Source: Setoptus koraiensis (taxonomy: Eukaryota > Animalia > Arthropoda). From it: a stretch of DNA of 64,000 nucleotides. Positions 48,232-61,400 of this stretch are shown piece by piece. The stretch spans positions 21,514,001 through 21,578,000 of the forward strand of contig CM106586.1 of assembly GCA_048013815.1 (NCBI GenBank), given 5' to 3'. Each line of letters opens with the position of its first letter. Positions within the stretch are counted from its first letter, which is position 1. A program made the position numbers and the translations under genes. Below the pieces are notes generated by a model that was not told the origin of the DNA, made no database searches, and saw only the letters and a list, made by a program, of their open reading frames with translations.

Positions 48232-50168
48232 ATTTCAAATTGAAATCTTCAATGTGTATCGTAAAATGGTCGTTGATACTGATGAATGAGTTCGGAGTGT
48301 TGTTAATGTACTGATTTCACCTGTTAACTCTAGTTATTGTTATGTAATAATAAAAAAGAAATCTTTGAGTTTTGGTCGATCTAAAAATGATTATATATTC
48401 ATGTCATGATTAAGTGAAAATATTGAAATGTAATAATAGTCATTCATTGATTCATTCATTAAGCATTATATGGAAATCAACAACTAACCAGTGAGTAAGT
48501 AATCGACAACCATCTTGATGAACGATTTACAAGTAATTGTAAAAGAAGCAGCAACGTCAATAAGGACGTCAGTGAGCATTGTTAAGCTAATGATTATCGA
48601 GATTACTGTCGCCATATGTTTATTTGATTATCAATATGAAGCGACAAATATGAAAGTTGACAACGTTGTAACCATCACAACTAAATCGATTGATTGGTAT
48701 ATCTTGTACAATTACAATGCCATGTTCAATGGCTATTATGTCATTCTAGCTCATTAGTTTGACACGCTGGACACAAAATACTGAAAATGATTCTTTGAGT
48801 ACTCACCTATCGAGAAGTTTGCCAAGATACGAGTCGCAACCAATTGCTGTAAGATAACCAGGGCACGCTCATCAATGGAGTTGCAGAAACAATCTGATCA
48901 CTTAATACAATCGATATGTATTGTGGAATAGCCTGTTGATAGCTCTTATCAAGATTGCTTCGCTTGCCAACAAAAGCCGAGCTGTCTTTAACTTTTCTCG
49001 CATTACTTGTCAAGACTAATGGCTGAAAATCAATATCTACGGAGCAATCGAGAAGCTATCTAATCTTAAGATTTCAACTTGATATATCAACATGATATTT
49101 ACATGATATAGTTCGAGACGCAAATAATATCTTTTCTGCATTTGCCGGGATTTACAAATTAGTTTTCGAACCTAAAACTAGAGTGCACTAGTAAATTACC
49201 AGTGGTATTGATCAAATAACTAAGTTTGTTGATATCCTGGTGGATTATAGAGGGTCCATCACCTCGAAGTGCCGAACAAATAGTAGAGCAAGGGAAGAGC
49301 ACCTCATGAGAATTTGGTACCGTTTCTGACATATCACAAGTGGTGTGCGTCGTGCAAATTTCATTACCATACGCCTATTCCACCAGTGGTAGAATTTAGC
49401 TTGAAATACCAATTCAATTTTTGAGACATGCCAATCCCAGGGTAGAGTGACTTGATGCGAAGCTCTTCATAATTGTGTGAGAGTTTCTAACATTCAGAAA
49501 GTGTTTGTGTCGAATGATGCCACTCATTACCGACAAATGAATAAATAGATGGTGACCTGTTGATTAGCCATTTGATCCAAAGAAAGCCGCCTCTTCTAAT
49601 CTTGCAAATAGCCTGCAGAAATCATCATGGTTTTTCCACAATCAATTGATAACTCCTTAGAGAGAAGTGGTCAACTTGTTCAATATCGAAAAATTGGGTC
49701 GATTGGATTGAAAGAAAAAACAATTCAATCTACCAACGAATCATCTAACAAATAAGTAGGTCGTTACTATTATCTCAAGATGACGACCTTAAAGTCATAA
49801 AGGATAAGACTGCGAGTGACTTTGTTTAACATTTTTGATATGGCTGACATTATGGATGCGAATTATTATCATTAGTTGATGCGCCATACAATCTTCGTGA
49901 TATATGCAATATAATTGGTGAAGATTGGATTTTCTTCTTCTTTTTTTTTTGATCGATATACTGTTAAGACAGCAATATTCTAACAATGTTGTGAGTGTTT
50001 ATTATCTCGCACATACATCTTCTATATCTATTTAGAATCTAGTGGGTGTAACTTCGTGCCAATGTTCAGTGATATGTTAAATGGCAACACAAAATCCTCT
50101 GAATTAGAGAGCCATTACAGTAACATACTCCATTTTTTTGGAAGATTGAATTTAGGTGCTTTAATAGG

Positions 50169-51734
50169 ATGGAAAAAATCAACTTCAATTTGATCATTAT
50201 ATCTCTAGTAATAGTTCTTATCAAGGTGAAGAGCTCGGATTCTGCAGTGGAATGCCAAATCGATATAGTTGAAAGCATGCCGGAGGGCATGGTGTTACCT
50301 CACCCGGTGGATCCTCCAACTCCAACAGCTACAGCTCTCTTGGATCTAATAAATAGCGCCCAAAAGAGTTTGAAGATTGCATCACTTTATTGGTCTCTAA
50401 CAGAATCGGAATCAGGTAAGTTAACATTCTAGACGAAGTAACAGGAATCGTTTAACAAAGTGAACACATCAATCACTCCCCGTTCGTACTCATTAACTTT
50501 CGTTCTAGAATCCGAGAGAGGAAAGAAAGATGATTCTCAACTGGCTGGCAAGCAAATATTCGATGCTATAATAGCAGCTGCGTCAGAAAGAAAAGTCAAA
50601 CTGGAAGTAGTCACGGACGGTAGCGGTAAACTGGCTAGTAATAGTAAAGAGTTGGATGCGCTGTCTAGAGTTGGGGATGTTAAATATCTAAATATGACAA
50701 AATTATTGAAGTCAGGAGTTTTGCATACGAAATTCTTGATTGCAGACAGTGAAACTTTTTACCTGGGCTCCTCTAACATGGATTGGCGTTCTTACACTCA
50801 AATCAAGGAAATAGGACTGCGAGCTAGAGATTGTGCTCGACTTGCTGTAGATCTAGAAAAGATTTTTTTTACGTACCAATTGATGTCTGCAAGTGACCGA
50901 GTTCCTGACACACTACCAGAATACGTCAAGACTGACATCAACATGCAACATCCATTAAGTATGAATCTATTCAATCAAGAATCGATGGTCTATCTGGCTG
51001 CGTCTCCTCCGTCCTTCAATGGGAACAAGAGCTGGACAGGACGCACGGACGATATAGACGGTCTGTTGCAAATAATAGATCGAGCGAAGAAATTTGTCGA
51101 TATATCAGTGATGAATTATGGAGCTAGAACAGAGTTTGCATGGCCAAAAAAGTTTTGGCCTCGCATAGATGATGCTCTACGTCGTGCAGCCTCCGAGAGG
51201 AAGGTGCAAGTTAGATTATTGTAAGTTAGTGTTCTGTGCAAACTTTCGTCAATTTGCTTTGATGATCACGTTTAATGATCACTATTATCATAGAGTTCAA
51301 AAGCTACTTTAGGGGATTCTAATCAATTTATCACATATTTCATCAGGTTCTCAAATTGGTCGCACACTAGCGACGAACAATTGATGTGGTACAGGTCATT
51401 AGATGCTATCCAATCACAGGCTCTAAGAGGTGGCGGTATCCAAGTTAAGCTATTTACAGTACCCTCATTCAATGATTTTCAACGTGAGATCCCATACGCG
51501 AGGGTAAAGCACGACAAGTATATGGTCAGCGACTACGGAGTATACATCGGAACTTCAAATTGGACACCTGACTACTTTATCAACACTTGTGGTGTCAGTT
51601 TCATTGCTATTCCTGGAAAAGTTACTGCTAAAGCAGACATTACATCCTCTAGTCTAAACATCATAGACGTCATGAGAGGTATCTTCCATAGAGATTTCTC
51701 ATCTGAGTTCACGTCCCCGTTACCTCGTCCGTGA
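50169..51734 (+). CDS. PLD3: phospholipase D3/D4 family (lysosomal 5' exonuclease type)
   Basis: Exons 50169-50415, 50509-51220, 51347-51734 (1347 nt). N-terminal hydrophobic anchor; two HKD motifs (VLHTKFLIAD...GSSNMDW; HDKYMVSD...GTSNW). Confidence 0.92.
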
Positions 51735-51789
51735 ACCGTAAAACGGTTAGATTAAGTTGGATAGTTGTGCGCGCTTCAAATGTCTTACC

Positions 51790-51808
51790 AATAAAGGAAA
51801 TTTTTATT
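51790..51808. terminator. back-to-back polyadenylation signals (AATAAA on + at 51790-51795; on - at 51808-51803)
   Basis: AATAAAGGAAATTTTTATT in the 75-bp gap between the convergent PLD3 and NOL11-like stops. Confidence 0.55.
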
Positions 51809-51809
51809 T

Positions 51810-52535
51810 TCACAGGTCGAGAATTTCTATCGTATACACTCTGCCTTCTTTTCTATGTGTATTTGTCTCTTCTTTAACATCTGTTATAGATCTAATAAGG
51901 TTTTTAGTTTGTTCAACTTCGTGATTTAGACGGCACAAATGGTTGACGAAATCAGTTATCTCATCCAAAATCTGGTAGGCCATGGGGCATGTTAGGAGCT
52001 CAACAAAATACGAATCATACAGCGCGGACAACCATTCAATTGCATTGTGTTCCTTATGACCTAGCAAGTTTTTTATGATATGTAGTAAATAGACAACGTG
52101 TTCTATGGGCATCCTAAATTTTGACAGATTCTCTGACATTTGGTATCTATTAAAGTCAATAGATAGTACCCTCTTGAGCAGATCTTCAACTTTTGATTCG
52201 TCAGTCAGAAGCCTAGATAGGCAGGATTGTACAATTTTAACAATAACTTTCTCCAAGAAACAGGAACCCCTAGTTGTGGCTTTCACCAATGTGTCTATTG
52301 TTAACTTTAGGAAATTAATATCTTTTTGATCTAGAGCTTGGCACATGGAATCCAGTTGAGAGGCGTATGAGCGGGCGCTAAGCGTGCTTTTAGCATTTGT
52401 GATTATCGGTTTGCTACAATCGTCCCGTATTTCCTTCGAGGGTTCCTTGGTGTAAAAGTTGTTGTGCACATCGTTATCCTCAACAAAGAAGTTGATTGTG
52501 TCTAGCCTGAGAACGTCCGTCTCAGAGTTAGCCAT
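51810..52535 (-). CDS. NOL11 C-terminal-domain-like protein (241 aa)
   Basis: NAIEWLSALYDSYFVELL...YTIEILDL resembles the NOL11 C-terminus (W..LLD.NF......YSIEVLEL) from memory; not confirmed by search. Confidence 0.6.
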   Translation of the reverse strand: MANSETDVLRLDTINFFVEDNDVHNNFYTKEPSKEIRDDCSKPIITNAKSTLSARSYASQLDSMCQALDQKDINFLKLTIDTLVKATTRGSCFLEKVIVKIVQSCLSRLLTDESKVEDLLKRVLSIDFNRYQMSENLSKFRMPIEHVVYLLHIIKNLLGHKEHNAIEWLSALYDSYFVELLTCPMAYQILDEITDFVNHLCRLNHEVEQTKNLIRSITDVKEETNTHRKEGRVYTIEILDL

Positions 52536-53326
52536 GCTCTTGAAATGGTTATAAATATTTTTCAACAGATGGACGATCAAATATTCATAAAATGATCATA
52601 AATATAGCAATTACATTGATAATGGTCAAGAAAATAGTAATAATAACGATTGGATGATTTAGTAATAATAATAATAATAATAATAGTAGTAATTATAGTG
52701 ATAATAGTAATGGAAACCGTACAGCGAATATTAAATTGAAGGAAACGGGCAACTGGATTCATAAAAGCTCAACACTGAGCTAGCATGCAGAACTTGGCGA
52801 GCATTTACAGAGACGAAACACGCTGCTTGCAGTCACGTTAAACTCTCCGTCTCCCTCTCGCCGTGTGTTCGATGCACACTTGTGAGCATGCGCGAATGTA
52901 TCTGCCCCCCACTAGTTATAGGCGAAACAAGACATGGAAGTGCGTGCTGAAAGCTAGACACAAGTGTAAAATTTTCCCCAATAGCTACACTTGACTTTCG
53001 AACCGAGACGCAGTTCGTCGCATAGGCGCCTTATTTGAAATTTTCACCTGCCGCCATCTGGTGTAGAAAGAAATAATTAGTGACAAATATTTTCTTTGTT
53101 TACAAAATTTTCTTTGTGTGCGCATTGCACAAGACCACTATTTCGTCATTTCAACTATCGCTTCTCTTCTTGCTCTGTGTGCTATATTATACAGACTACT
53201 GTAACAGCAAACCAATATAATACACGTAGCATTTAAATAGATCGTTTGTTATTGAAACAATTTCATCTATGTATCCCTCACGTTCTTTATTATAACCATC
53301 ACTCCATCTTGATTTCATTATCAATC

Positions 53327-53668
53327 ATGGGTAGAATATTTCTTGAGCATTTGGGTGGCCAGCGTGTATTCAATTGCTCAAATTGTTATGTTCCCCTAAC
53401 CAATAAAGATGAGGTTATTTCAGATAAATTCACTGGGGCCACTGGTAAAGCTATATTGTTTAACAGGGTAGTTAATGTCAAATTTAGCCATGCCATGGGT
53501 CGCCCAATGATGACAGGCAATCACATAGTCAGGGACGTCCACTGCAAGAATTGTAATGAAAAACTAGGATGGATGTACGAGTACGCTTATGTGGATAGGG
53601 AATCATATAAAGAGGGCAAAATCATTCTAGAGAAAGCACTCATAACAGAAAATCTAGGACCAGATTGA
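53327..53668 (+). CDS. YPEL5: protein yippee-like (YPEL5-type)
   Basis: [17 protein letters not shown]...[11 protein letters not shown]...[16 protein letters not shown]...LGWMYE; two CxxC pairs. Confidence 0.93.
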   Translation: MGRIFLEHLGGQRVFNCSNCYVPLTNKDEVISDKFTGATGKAILFNRVVNVKFSHAMGRPMMTGNHIVRDVHCKNCNEKLGWMYEYAYVDRESYKEGKIILEKALITENLGPD

Positions 53669-54151
53669 CAAACATCCTGGATTGATCATTGGAAGTTCCC
53701 AAAATCCTAAACCGTATCCCCTGGACTTGAGTCAAGATCAACAAAATTCGTCTCGATGTTTCATATTCTTTATTTACTTCAGACATAGTAAATCGATTTT
53801 ACAAAAAGGTCGATCGTTTAGAATCAAATTTATAGTCTCTATTCAGGCACTCGCATCCCTTTTCAATATACTTTCTACTAAAATAATAATACATACAGAT
53901 ATTTTCTGAATCGAACCTGATGCAAAAATGACAGATTTTTTTTCTTTACTTCTTTCCAATCTGGCGCTTAGAAAGCTTTACGCATGCGCAAGTATCAGTA
54001 CAATCAAATGGTTGTCAAACTGGCAATTTTTTAGTGAATCCATCTGCTGAAAACTGATGCTGTCTATATCTGATAAAAAACAAACAATTGATGAATGATT
54101 ATTGTGTAATCATATTTTATCTAGGACAATTAGAAATATACCTGTATTAAA

Positions 54152-55066
54152 ATGTCAACCACCCAAATACCAAAGCAAGCGCAACCTCAAGATGTAAACA
54201 GTAATGCTGCTTACTTCGATCGAACAAACCCACTGTACAAATGGATACCAGATTTAATCAAGGCTGAAACTAGAGAAAATGCACTACTAGAACTAAGTAA
54301 GAAACGCGAGATTGTGCCGGATTTAGCAATCATGCTCTGGAACTCATTTGGTGTCATGGCAGCTTTATTGCAGGAGATAACCAATGTCTACCCGACTCTC
54401 AACCCACCCACTCTGTCAGCGCACCAGTCGAATCGTGCTTGCAACGCATTGGCACTGCTCCAATGTATTGCTTCGCATCCTGAGACAAGATCCTCGCTCT
54501 TAGAAGCCAATATTCCCTTGTATCTTTATCCAATACTACATACAACATCTACCTCCAAGACACGTCCCTTTGAATATTTACGATTGACGTCATTGGGTGT
54601 CATTGGCGCCCTTGTGAAAACCGATGAGGCTCAGGTGATAAACTTTCTTTTATCAACGGAAATTATACCTCTGTGTCTCAGCATCATGGAAAGTGGTAGT
54701 GAATTGAGTAAGACTGTTGCGACTTTTATACTACAAAAGATACTTCTCGACGAGACAGGACTGTCATACATTTGTCGAACTTTCGAAAGGTTCCACCACG
54801 TAGCCTCAATTCTTGGAAATATGGTCTCAGCTTTGGCTCGCGAGCCGAACGACTCTAAGTCACCACGTCTACTCAAACATGTGATCAGATGTTATTTAAG
54901 GTTGAGCGACAATCCGCGAGCTCGTGAAGCCTTAAAACAATGTCTACCCAATGAACTCAAAGATAGTACTTTTGCCAATGGTTTGCGTGAGGACAAATCA
55001 ACGAAGAACTGGCTTAATCAATTGTTAAAAAATTTAGAATCAAACATCGTCACCAATCAGCCATGA
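54152..55066 (+). CDS. CNOT9: CCR4-NOT subunit 9 / Rcd1, intronless
   Basis: [64 protein letters not shown]. Confidence 0.96.
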   Translation: MSTTQIPKQAQPQDVNSNAAYFDRTNPLYKWIPDLIKAETRENALLELSKKREIVPDLAIMLWNSFGVMAALLQEITNVYPTLNPPTLSAHQSNRACNALALLQCIASHPETRSSLLEANIPLYLYPILHTTSTSKTRPFEYLRLTSLGVIGALVKTDEAQVINFLLSTEIIPLCLSIMESGSELSKTVATFILQKILLDETGLSYICRTFERFHHVASILGNMVSALAREPNDSKSPRLLKHVIRCYLRLSDNPRAREALKQCLPNELKDSTFANGLREDKSTKNWLNQLLKNLESNIVTNQP

Positions 55067-55225
55067 TTGATTTTGTGACTATCTAAGAATATAGTAGTAA
55101 GATAATTTTTAAACATGCCATTTTAGCGAACCAAATGAGTATTGGTTGTTTTTTTCTTTTATTGTTCGCTTTCTGGAATCTCGGGTGTTTCTAGAGTGAA
55201 TGTCAAGAAATCAAACAATAGTTTT

Positions 55226-56056
55226 CTAGCCCTCGAAATTATCTCTGATAACATTGAGACAAGTAATCAAGTCCTCCAACTTCTTCTTCAACTCCCTGAA
55301 GCCTATCATAACTATATGTTGAGGTTTGAGGGCGCCTGACGTCTCAACATTCATATAGAACTTCCTGGGTTTACCGTCGGGATCATATGGGGCTTCTTGA
55401 AATGGGCCGACATCATCTATCTTGGCACTATGCTCACTTTTTGGCCACTCTTCTGGCTTATAGAATGAAGTATGCCTGAATGCATTGTCTGGATCATATT
55501 CGAATTGTACACTGCAAGTGGGATTCCATTTAGCGTGCTCCTTACCGCAACCTTTCTTAGCGAAAGCTTTTGCTTTGAGTTCTTGACCCTTACGCAACTT
55601 AACGATCATAATATCATCGTTGTCGGTCCACATGGAGCCATCATCACCTCCCCTGTTTTTGGTTGTGACGGGCACTACTCTACTATCTGACGATATGAGC
55701 ATATCGGTGGTGACGGGACGTGTCTCTTCTTCCTCGCATTTGACGTGCAATGTAAACTCCACCGCGCATTTTTTACAGAATTCCTCGCAATCACAATCTC
55801 GGGTGAAATCCATTGTATTCACAACATCGTCACTGGTCAATGGAATTAGACCAAGTCGATGTGCTATGAATTCGTCATGTAAAACTGTAGAATTTGCCTC
55901 CAACTTGACCCAATCGATCGCCATTGTGGGTACCTCGGCTACGAATACTCTTCTGAGACTGTTAGCCACGCTGAGATCTGTATCCTCCAAGGTGAATTTG
56001 ACATTCTCCTCGGTGATTTCGTCAATCTTGATAGTGGACTGATTGGCGTACGGCAT
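55226..56056 (-). CDS. POLR2C: RNA polymerase II subunit RPB3, intronless
   Basis: MPYANQ...[18 protein letters not shown]...[32 protein letters not shown]. Confidence 0.97.
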   Translation of the reverse strand: MPYANQSTIKIDEITEENVKFTLEDTDLSVANSLRRVFVAEVPTMAIDWVKLEANSTVLHDEFIAHRLGLIPLTSDDVVNTMDFTRDCDCEEFCKKCAVEFTLHVKCEEEETRPVTTDMLISSDSRVVPVTTKNRGGDDGSMWTDNDDIMIVKLRKGQELKAKAFAKKGCGKEHAKWNPTCSVQFEYDPDNAFRHTSFYKPEEWPKSEHSAKIDDVGPFQEAPYDPDGKPRKFYMNVETSGALKPQHIVMIGFRELKKKLEDLITCLNVIRDNFEG

Positions 56057-56517
56057 TTGTTTGTTTTTGTCGGGGAGTTTCGCGGGGACGAAATAAAAAT
56101 AACTGGCGAATGTCTGGCTGATCTCAGGATGCTGATAAAACTGTCATGGATAAATGTATGCCATGTGAGTTTTGCCAGGCTCGACTTGGACTCGTGCGAT
56201 GGCGGTTTTAGACGTGCCCCGAATGTTTGAGCATTTTTCCATTATACATTTGATTCGACAAAAGTCCGCTAGAGGCACTCTCGGCGCAATAGAGTCCTAC
56301 TGCGTGAGCTGCACTTGAAAGCAGAAAATAGTGAGCGGTTTCGACGCAAGAGGCGTACCGCTCGCTAGCCGACAGGCTGTTTCATAGACTATTACACTGT
56401 GTTAATCAGACATTGACTCGGGTCGTTTCTGATACTTAGAATCTTTATTGAAAATGACAAATGATGTTAGTAAGGTTCTCGAGCATTGGAAAGAATCCCA
56501 GCTGATTGACCTTAGCT

Positions 56518-56844
56518 TCAGGACAGAGCGCTGTCAATTAACTTTTTCAATTCACCGGATTCATGCAACTTGAAGGTGTCATCGCAACCTCCGATGCAGC
56601 TTGATTTGACAAACACTCGCGGCACCGAACTAGCACCAGTCAGTTCCTTCAAGTATCCTTGGATCGCATTGCAGTCATCTCTGTTCTCCAACTCAACAAT
56701 GGCGATTTTATTTCCAGGAATACTGTAGCTTTCGGTCAGAAGGTTCTTGGCTTTAGTGCAGTACGGACAATACGTCTTGCTGAAGACAGCAATTGGGTTG
56801 TTCTGAATTGTCTCATCGACAAATTTCTTGGCAGCCTCAGCCAT
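56518..56844 (-). CDS. GLRX: dithiol glutaredoxin
   Basis: FSKTYCPYC active site, SVPRVF, IGGCDD. Confidence 0.93.
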   Translation of the reverse strand: MAEAAKKFVDETIQNNPIAVFSKTYCPYCTKAKNLLTESYSIPGNKIAIVELENRDDCNAIQGYLKELTGASSVPRVFVKSSCIGGCDDTFKLHESGELKKLIDSALS

Positions 56845-57722
56845 CGGTCTGGTAACTTGGTTTCCTATTTTGAAAAGATGTCCTTCTTGTTGGGGGGAAA
56901 GAGATTAGTCAGTTTCAGTCCAAGAGATTTGTGGGTGTGAACTGAATGTGAATATGAAGCGAGATGGGAAAAATTAACTTACACAACAGTCCAGTCATGC
57001 GACTGCGACAAATTCGTTTTAGAGCGCAAAATTCGAATAAGAAATTAGAAAAAAAAAAAAATCTTTTCGTAGAAAAATTATTCTAGCTCTATGGGATGGA
57101 TTTTATATCTCAAGCTGAGGTTTTCAGTGCCGACGAAGCCATTTCGAACATAAATTAATCCGGCTCACATTACATTCAATAGAGTGTGTGCCGCATTAGA
57201 CGAGACTAATTGATTTTGAGCCATCAATACGTCTCCCCCGCTTATAGCATGCACAATAGACAAAGAACCTCAAAGTTGCCTCTTCTCTAATTATCCCATG
57301 TAGTCGGCCTGTAGAATGAATAATGCCTAGAGGTTAGTGGCTACCCCGGTCGCTTGGAATGTCTAAGAGCAATGATCTCAGTTCATTAGTAGCACCATGA
57401 AAGTATCTTATAGCGATAATGAGCGTAAACATATTTTGTAACTCGACGAAAGTGCTAGATTTGACAATTGACTGCGATATTCCTAGTAGTGCTTCATCTG
57501 CCTGTGCAAACATTTAAATTGCCTTGTAGCAATATGGGTCAATGTGCAGTCAGACATAGGCAATCTAATCAACAAAAAACATTACACTCTGCAAAGGATT
57601 AGATTAGGGAAAGGTCTCTCTTTAGACTGAGGCGTTATCAGCGGAAAAGTTTTTGTTCCCTTTGTAGCTGCGTGGTCGTTCTTTGCCTCTGTTGATGTTG
57701 TTGCACAGAACGAGCCAAAGAG

Positions 57723-57726
<4 letters not shown>

Positions 57727-57767
<41 letters not shown>
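57727..57767. repeat. (GA)n microsatellite
   Basis: Directly visible. Confidence 0.95.
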
Positions 57768-57770
<3 letters not shown>

Positions 57771-58408
57771 TCTACACACTATATTACATAATAATAATAA
57801 AATAAACATCGAGCCAACTATAGTAAAATGAACAGATCCTGCCTTGCTCTTATCTAGATACTACTGCCTTCGCACAAATGTGGTTGCTGTTGCTTCAATT
57901 GATGTAGCAGCTACAACAAAACTAGAAGAACTACTTCTATGCACTAATAATAAACGAAACCTTTTTTGATTCTTTTATCAAACGTTACAGAAATGAAAGA
58001 TACAACGAGAGAGGAAGGAAAGCATAAAGCAGTTATACGTTTGAGCTGTTGCTGCAGGGCGACCCTATCTGTTATGGAACGGGAGTGTGCGTGTGTGTGT
58101 GTGTGTGCATATCAGAATCAATGTTTGTGTGTGTGTGTGTGTGCCCGTGTGTGTAAAACATAGGTAGGTGCAGAACTGCAGGAACGGTGTCAAACTGGAA
58201 TCTGCCAACTACAAATGTTGTTGGCTTTGCTATCTTCGTAAACGAGCAATGTATATCCAATGTATATTCAACAGGATTTTTTGCCACTTTCATTACATCT
58301 ATTATTATTATCATATAAACATAATTATTATTACTTTTATTTTATTATTGATACTTTAACTGATACTAACAAGCATTTATTTTGAAAAGCCCTAAAGATT
58401 CTGTCGAC

Positions 58409-61400
58409 ATGCCGTCGACTGGAGTGTTGCCCTTTTTGCGGGGAGCCGATTTGTCATATAATGACTTTCACCAGGATAACTTCCCAAAATGTGTAAATCG
58501 AATGAAAGGATTGAAATGGTTGAAACTAAACAGGACTCAACTAGATTTAATACCTGAAGAATTTGGCACCTTAGATAGATTGGAGAAATTAAACATTTCA
58601 CACAACAATTTAGCTAGTCTTCATGGCGAGCTTATTTGTTTGCCAAATCTCAGATATTTAAATTGCAGTAACAATAAACTTATGGATAAATGCATTCCTG
58701 CTGAACTGTTCAACCTGAAACATCTACTGGTAATTGATTTAAGTCACAATCAATTAAGAGATGCTCCCCAAGACATTGAGACTTGCAAATCATTGCTTGT
58801 CTTGAACCTTAGCCATAATGAGATACAAACAATTAGAGATCAGGTGTTTGTCCAATTAACCGGGATCTTCTATTTAGATCTCAGTAACAATCGTTTGAAG
58901 ATCCTTCCACCACAACTAGGAAGATTAACTAACTTACGTACACTAATCCTGAGAAACAATCCTCTTGGAGAGTATCAGATGCGTCAAATAAAACGCTTAA
59001 AATCCTTACGAGTTCTGGATATATCCAACACACAACGGACAGTACAAAACATGCCAATAGACTTACGTACTGTCACAACTCTAGTCGAAATTAATCTGTC
59101 ATCCAATTCACTACATAGGGTCCCCGATGATATCCTTGACCTGAAAGCTTTGAAACGCCTCAACTTAAGTGAGAATCTTATTGCCAAAATACCAGACGAG
59201 TTAGGAGAAATGCTGACAAACCTTGAGACACTCAATCTGTCTGGTAATAAACTAAAAAGTTTACCTCAATCAATTTGTAAATTGTGCAATCTCAGACGTC
59301 TCTACTTAAATGATAATCAGCTGGATTTTGCAGGTTTACCCTCCGGAATAGGAAAATTACGTTCCCTAGAAGTATTAATGGCGGCTCGAAACAATCTAGA
59401 ATTGATTCCTGAAGGAGTTTTTAGATGTGGTAGATTGAAAAAGCTTATACTCACCGGCAACAGGTTGATCACTCTACCAGATACCATACACTTGTTATAC
59501 GACCTAGAAGTTCTGGAGTTATCCAACAATCCGGACCTAGTTATGCCCCCCAAACCCATAAGTGAATCAACCAAAAATGCTGAATTCTACAACATCGATT
59601 TTTCTCTCAATACGCAGTTACGTCTTGCCGGAGATCCAGTATCAATGCAACTGCCCCCTCAGCCAACAGGTACTTGAGTAACACAAGTCAATCTAAATAT
59701 GTCTGTGGACTCTTGAATTCCGTAGCATCTATTATAACTGAAATTTTTCTTCAATGCTCCTCTTTTTCCTTTAAATATTATAGCCACGCCGAGAGATCCC
59801 ATCGCAAGAAAACTAAGACTGAGAAGACGTGCCAAAGACGATGTAGATCAAGAAACTAATCAGGCTAAGGTTCTTAAAGGAATGACCGATTTGGCTAAAG
59901 AGAAAGACAGTTTGGCCATGAATCAGACCGACTTTCTTGATGCTGACTTGAAACCAAAGCGTTGGGATGAAAGTCTAGAAAAACCACCCATCGACTATAG
60001 TGACTTTTTTGATGATGCAACAGGACAACTTCAAGGGCTCACTGTTTGGGAGATAGAAAACTTTTGTCCAGTTTTAATGGACTCTGGTTTGCACGGAAAG
60101 TTTTACGAAGCCGATTGTTACATTATCCTCAGCACCCAAGTTGATGATAATCACTCCTTACATTGGAAAATCTTCTACTGGATTGGTCTGGAGGCAACTT
60201 TGGATAAAAAAGCCTGCTCAGCAATACATGCGGTCAATCTGCGAAATTTTCTCAACGCGCAATGTCGCACCATTCGAGAAGAGCAGGGTGAAGAGACTGA
60301 CGAATTTTTGGAACTCTTTCCTGATGGAATAGATTACGTAAAAGGAGCTCGAACGTCGAGTGGGTTCTATACCGTTGAAGAAACTGAGTATGCCCATAGA
60401 ATGTTCAGGTTGCATGAAGTGCCAGAAAAATCACGTCAACTGCATCTGGAGACAGTAGCCCTGTCATCCGACTCTTTGGACTCACGGTTCGTATTTTTGA
60501 TTGACTGTGGTTACAAGATCTATGTCTGGAATGGATTAAAATCCAAGAATACTATCAAACAAAAAGCAAGGTTGTTGGCTGAGAAACTCAATAATGAGGA
60601 GAGAAAGAACAAAGCAGCAATCATTTTCTGTGATCAGGGAGAGGAGTCAAGTGATATGCTGGATGAATTACAACTCTCCGACACCCTACCCAAAGTACCT
60701 TTTAAAACACCAGATCTAAGTGATGATTTTGATGTTGACACTTATCAACCAAGGAAACCGATCATGTAAGTATATGACAGTTTTTGAGGGATACTAGAGT
60801 TGTCTGCGATAGAAGGAAACTGAAATATTTCTTCTACTATTCCACTTATCTTCGATTTTACAGGTATCAGGTTTGTCTTGGCATGGGATATATCGAGCTA
60901 CCTCAGATAGAGTTCAGGTTGGGAGGATTGTTACCAACTTCTCTTGTGCCATCGAATGTTTATATCCTCGATTGTTTCACAGATGTTTTCGTATGGTAAG
61001 TTCTTATTTACGCTTCAGCATCGATGTATGGATCTGTCACCAACAATATGATAGTTAACATGATTTGTTGATTTTTGTTGTTAAATACTAGGCTTGGACG
61101 AAGAAGTCCTAGATTGGTTAGAAATGCCGCTTTAAAACTAGCTCAGGAGGCTTTCACAATGATAAAAAGACCGGGATTTGCTTGCATCACCAGCTGCCTT
61201 CAAGGGTAAGACAGGAAACTTGCTTCAATAATTACCCAAAATAATTCTTTTTCACTCTGGGCCTCAACTAATCTTGATGCAATATTCTTGTATTTATGAT
61301 CTAACTTACAAATCTAGCACCGAGTCGCAGTTACTAAAATCGAAATTCAAAGATTGGGATGATGTGATAGCTGTCGACTATACAAGGACTGCAGAATCAG

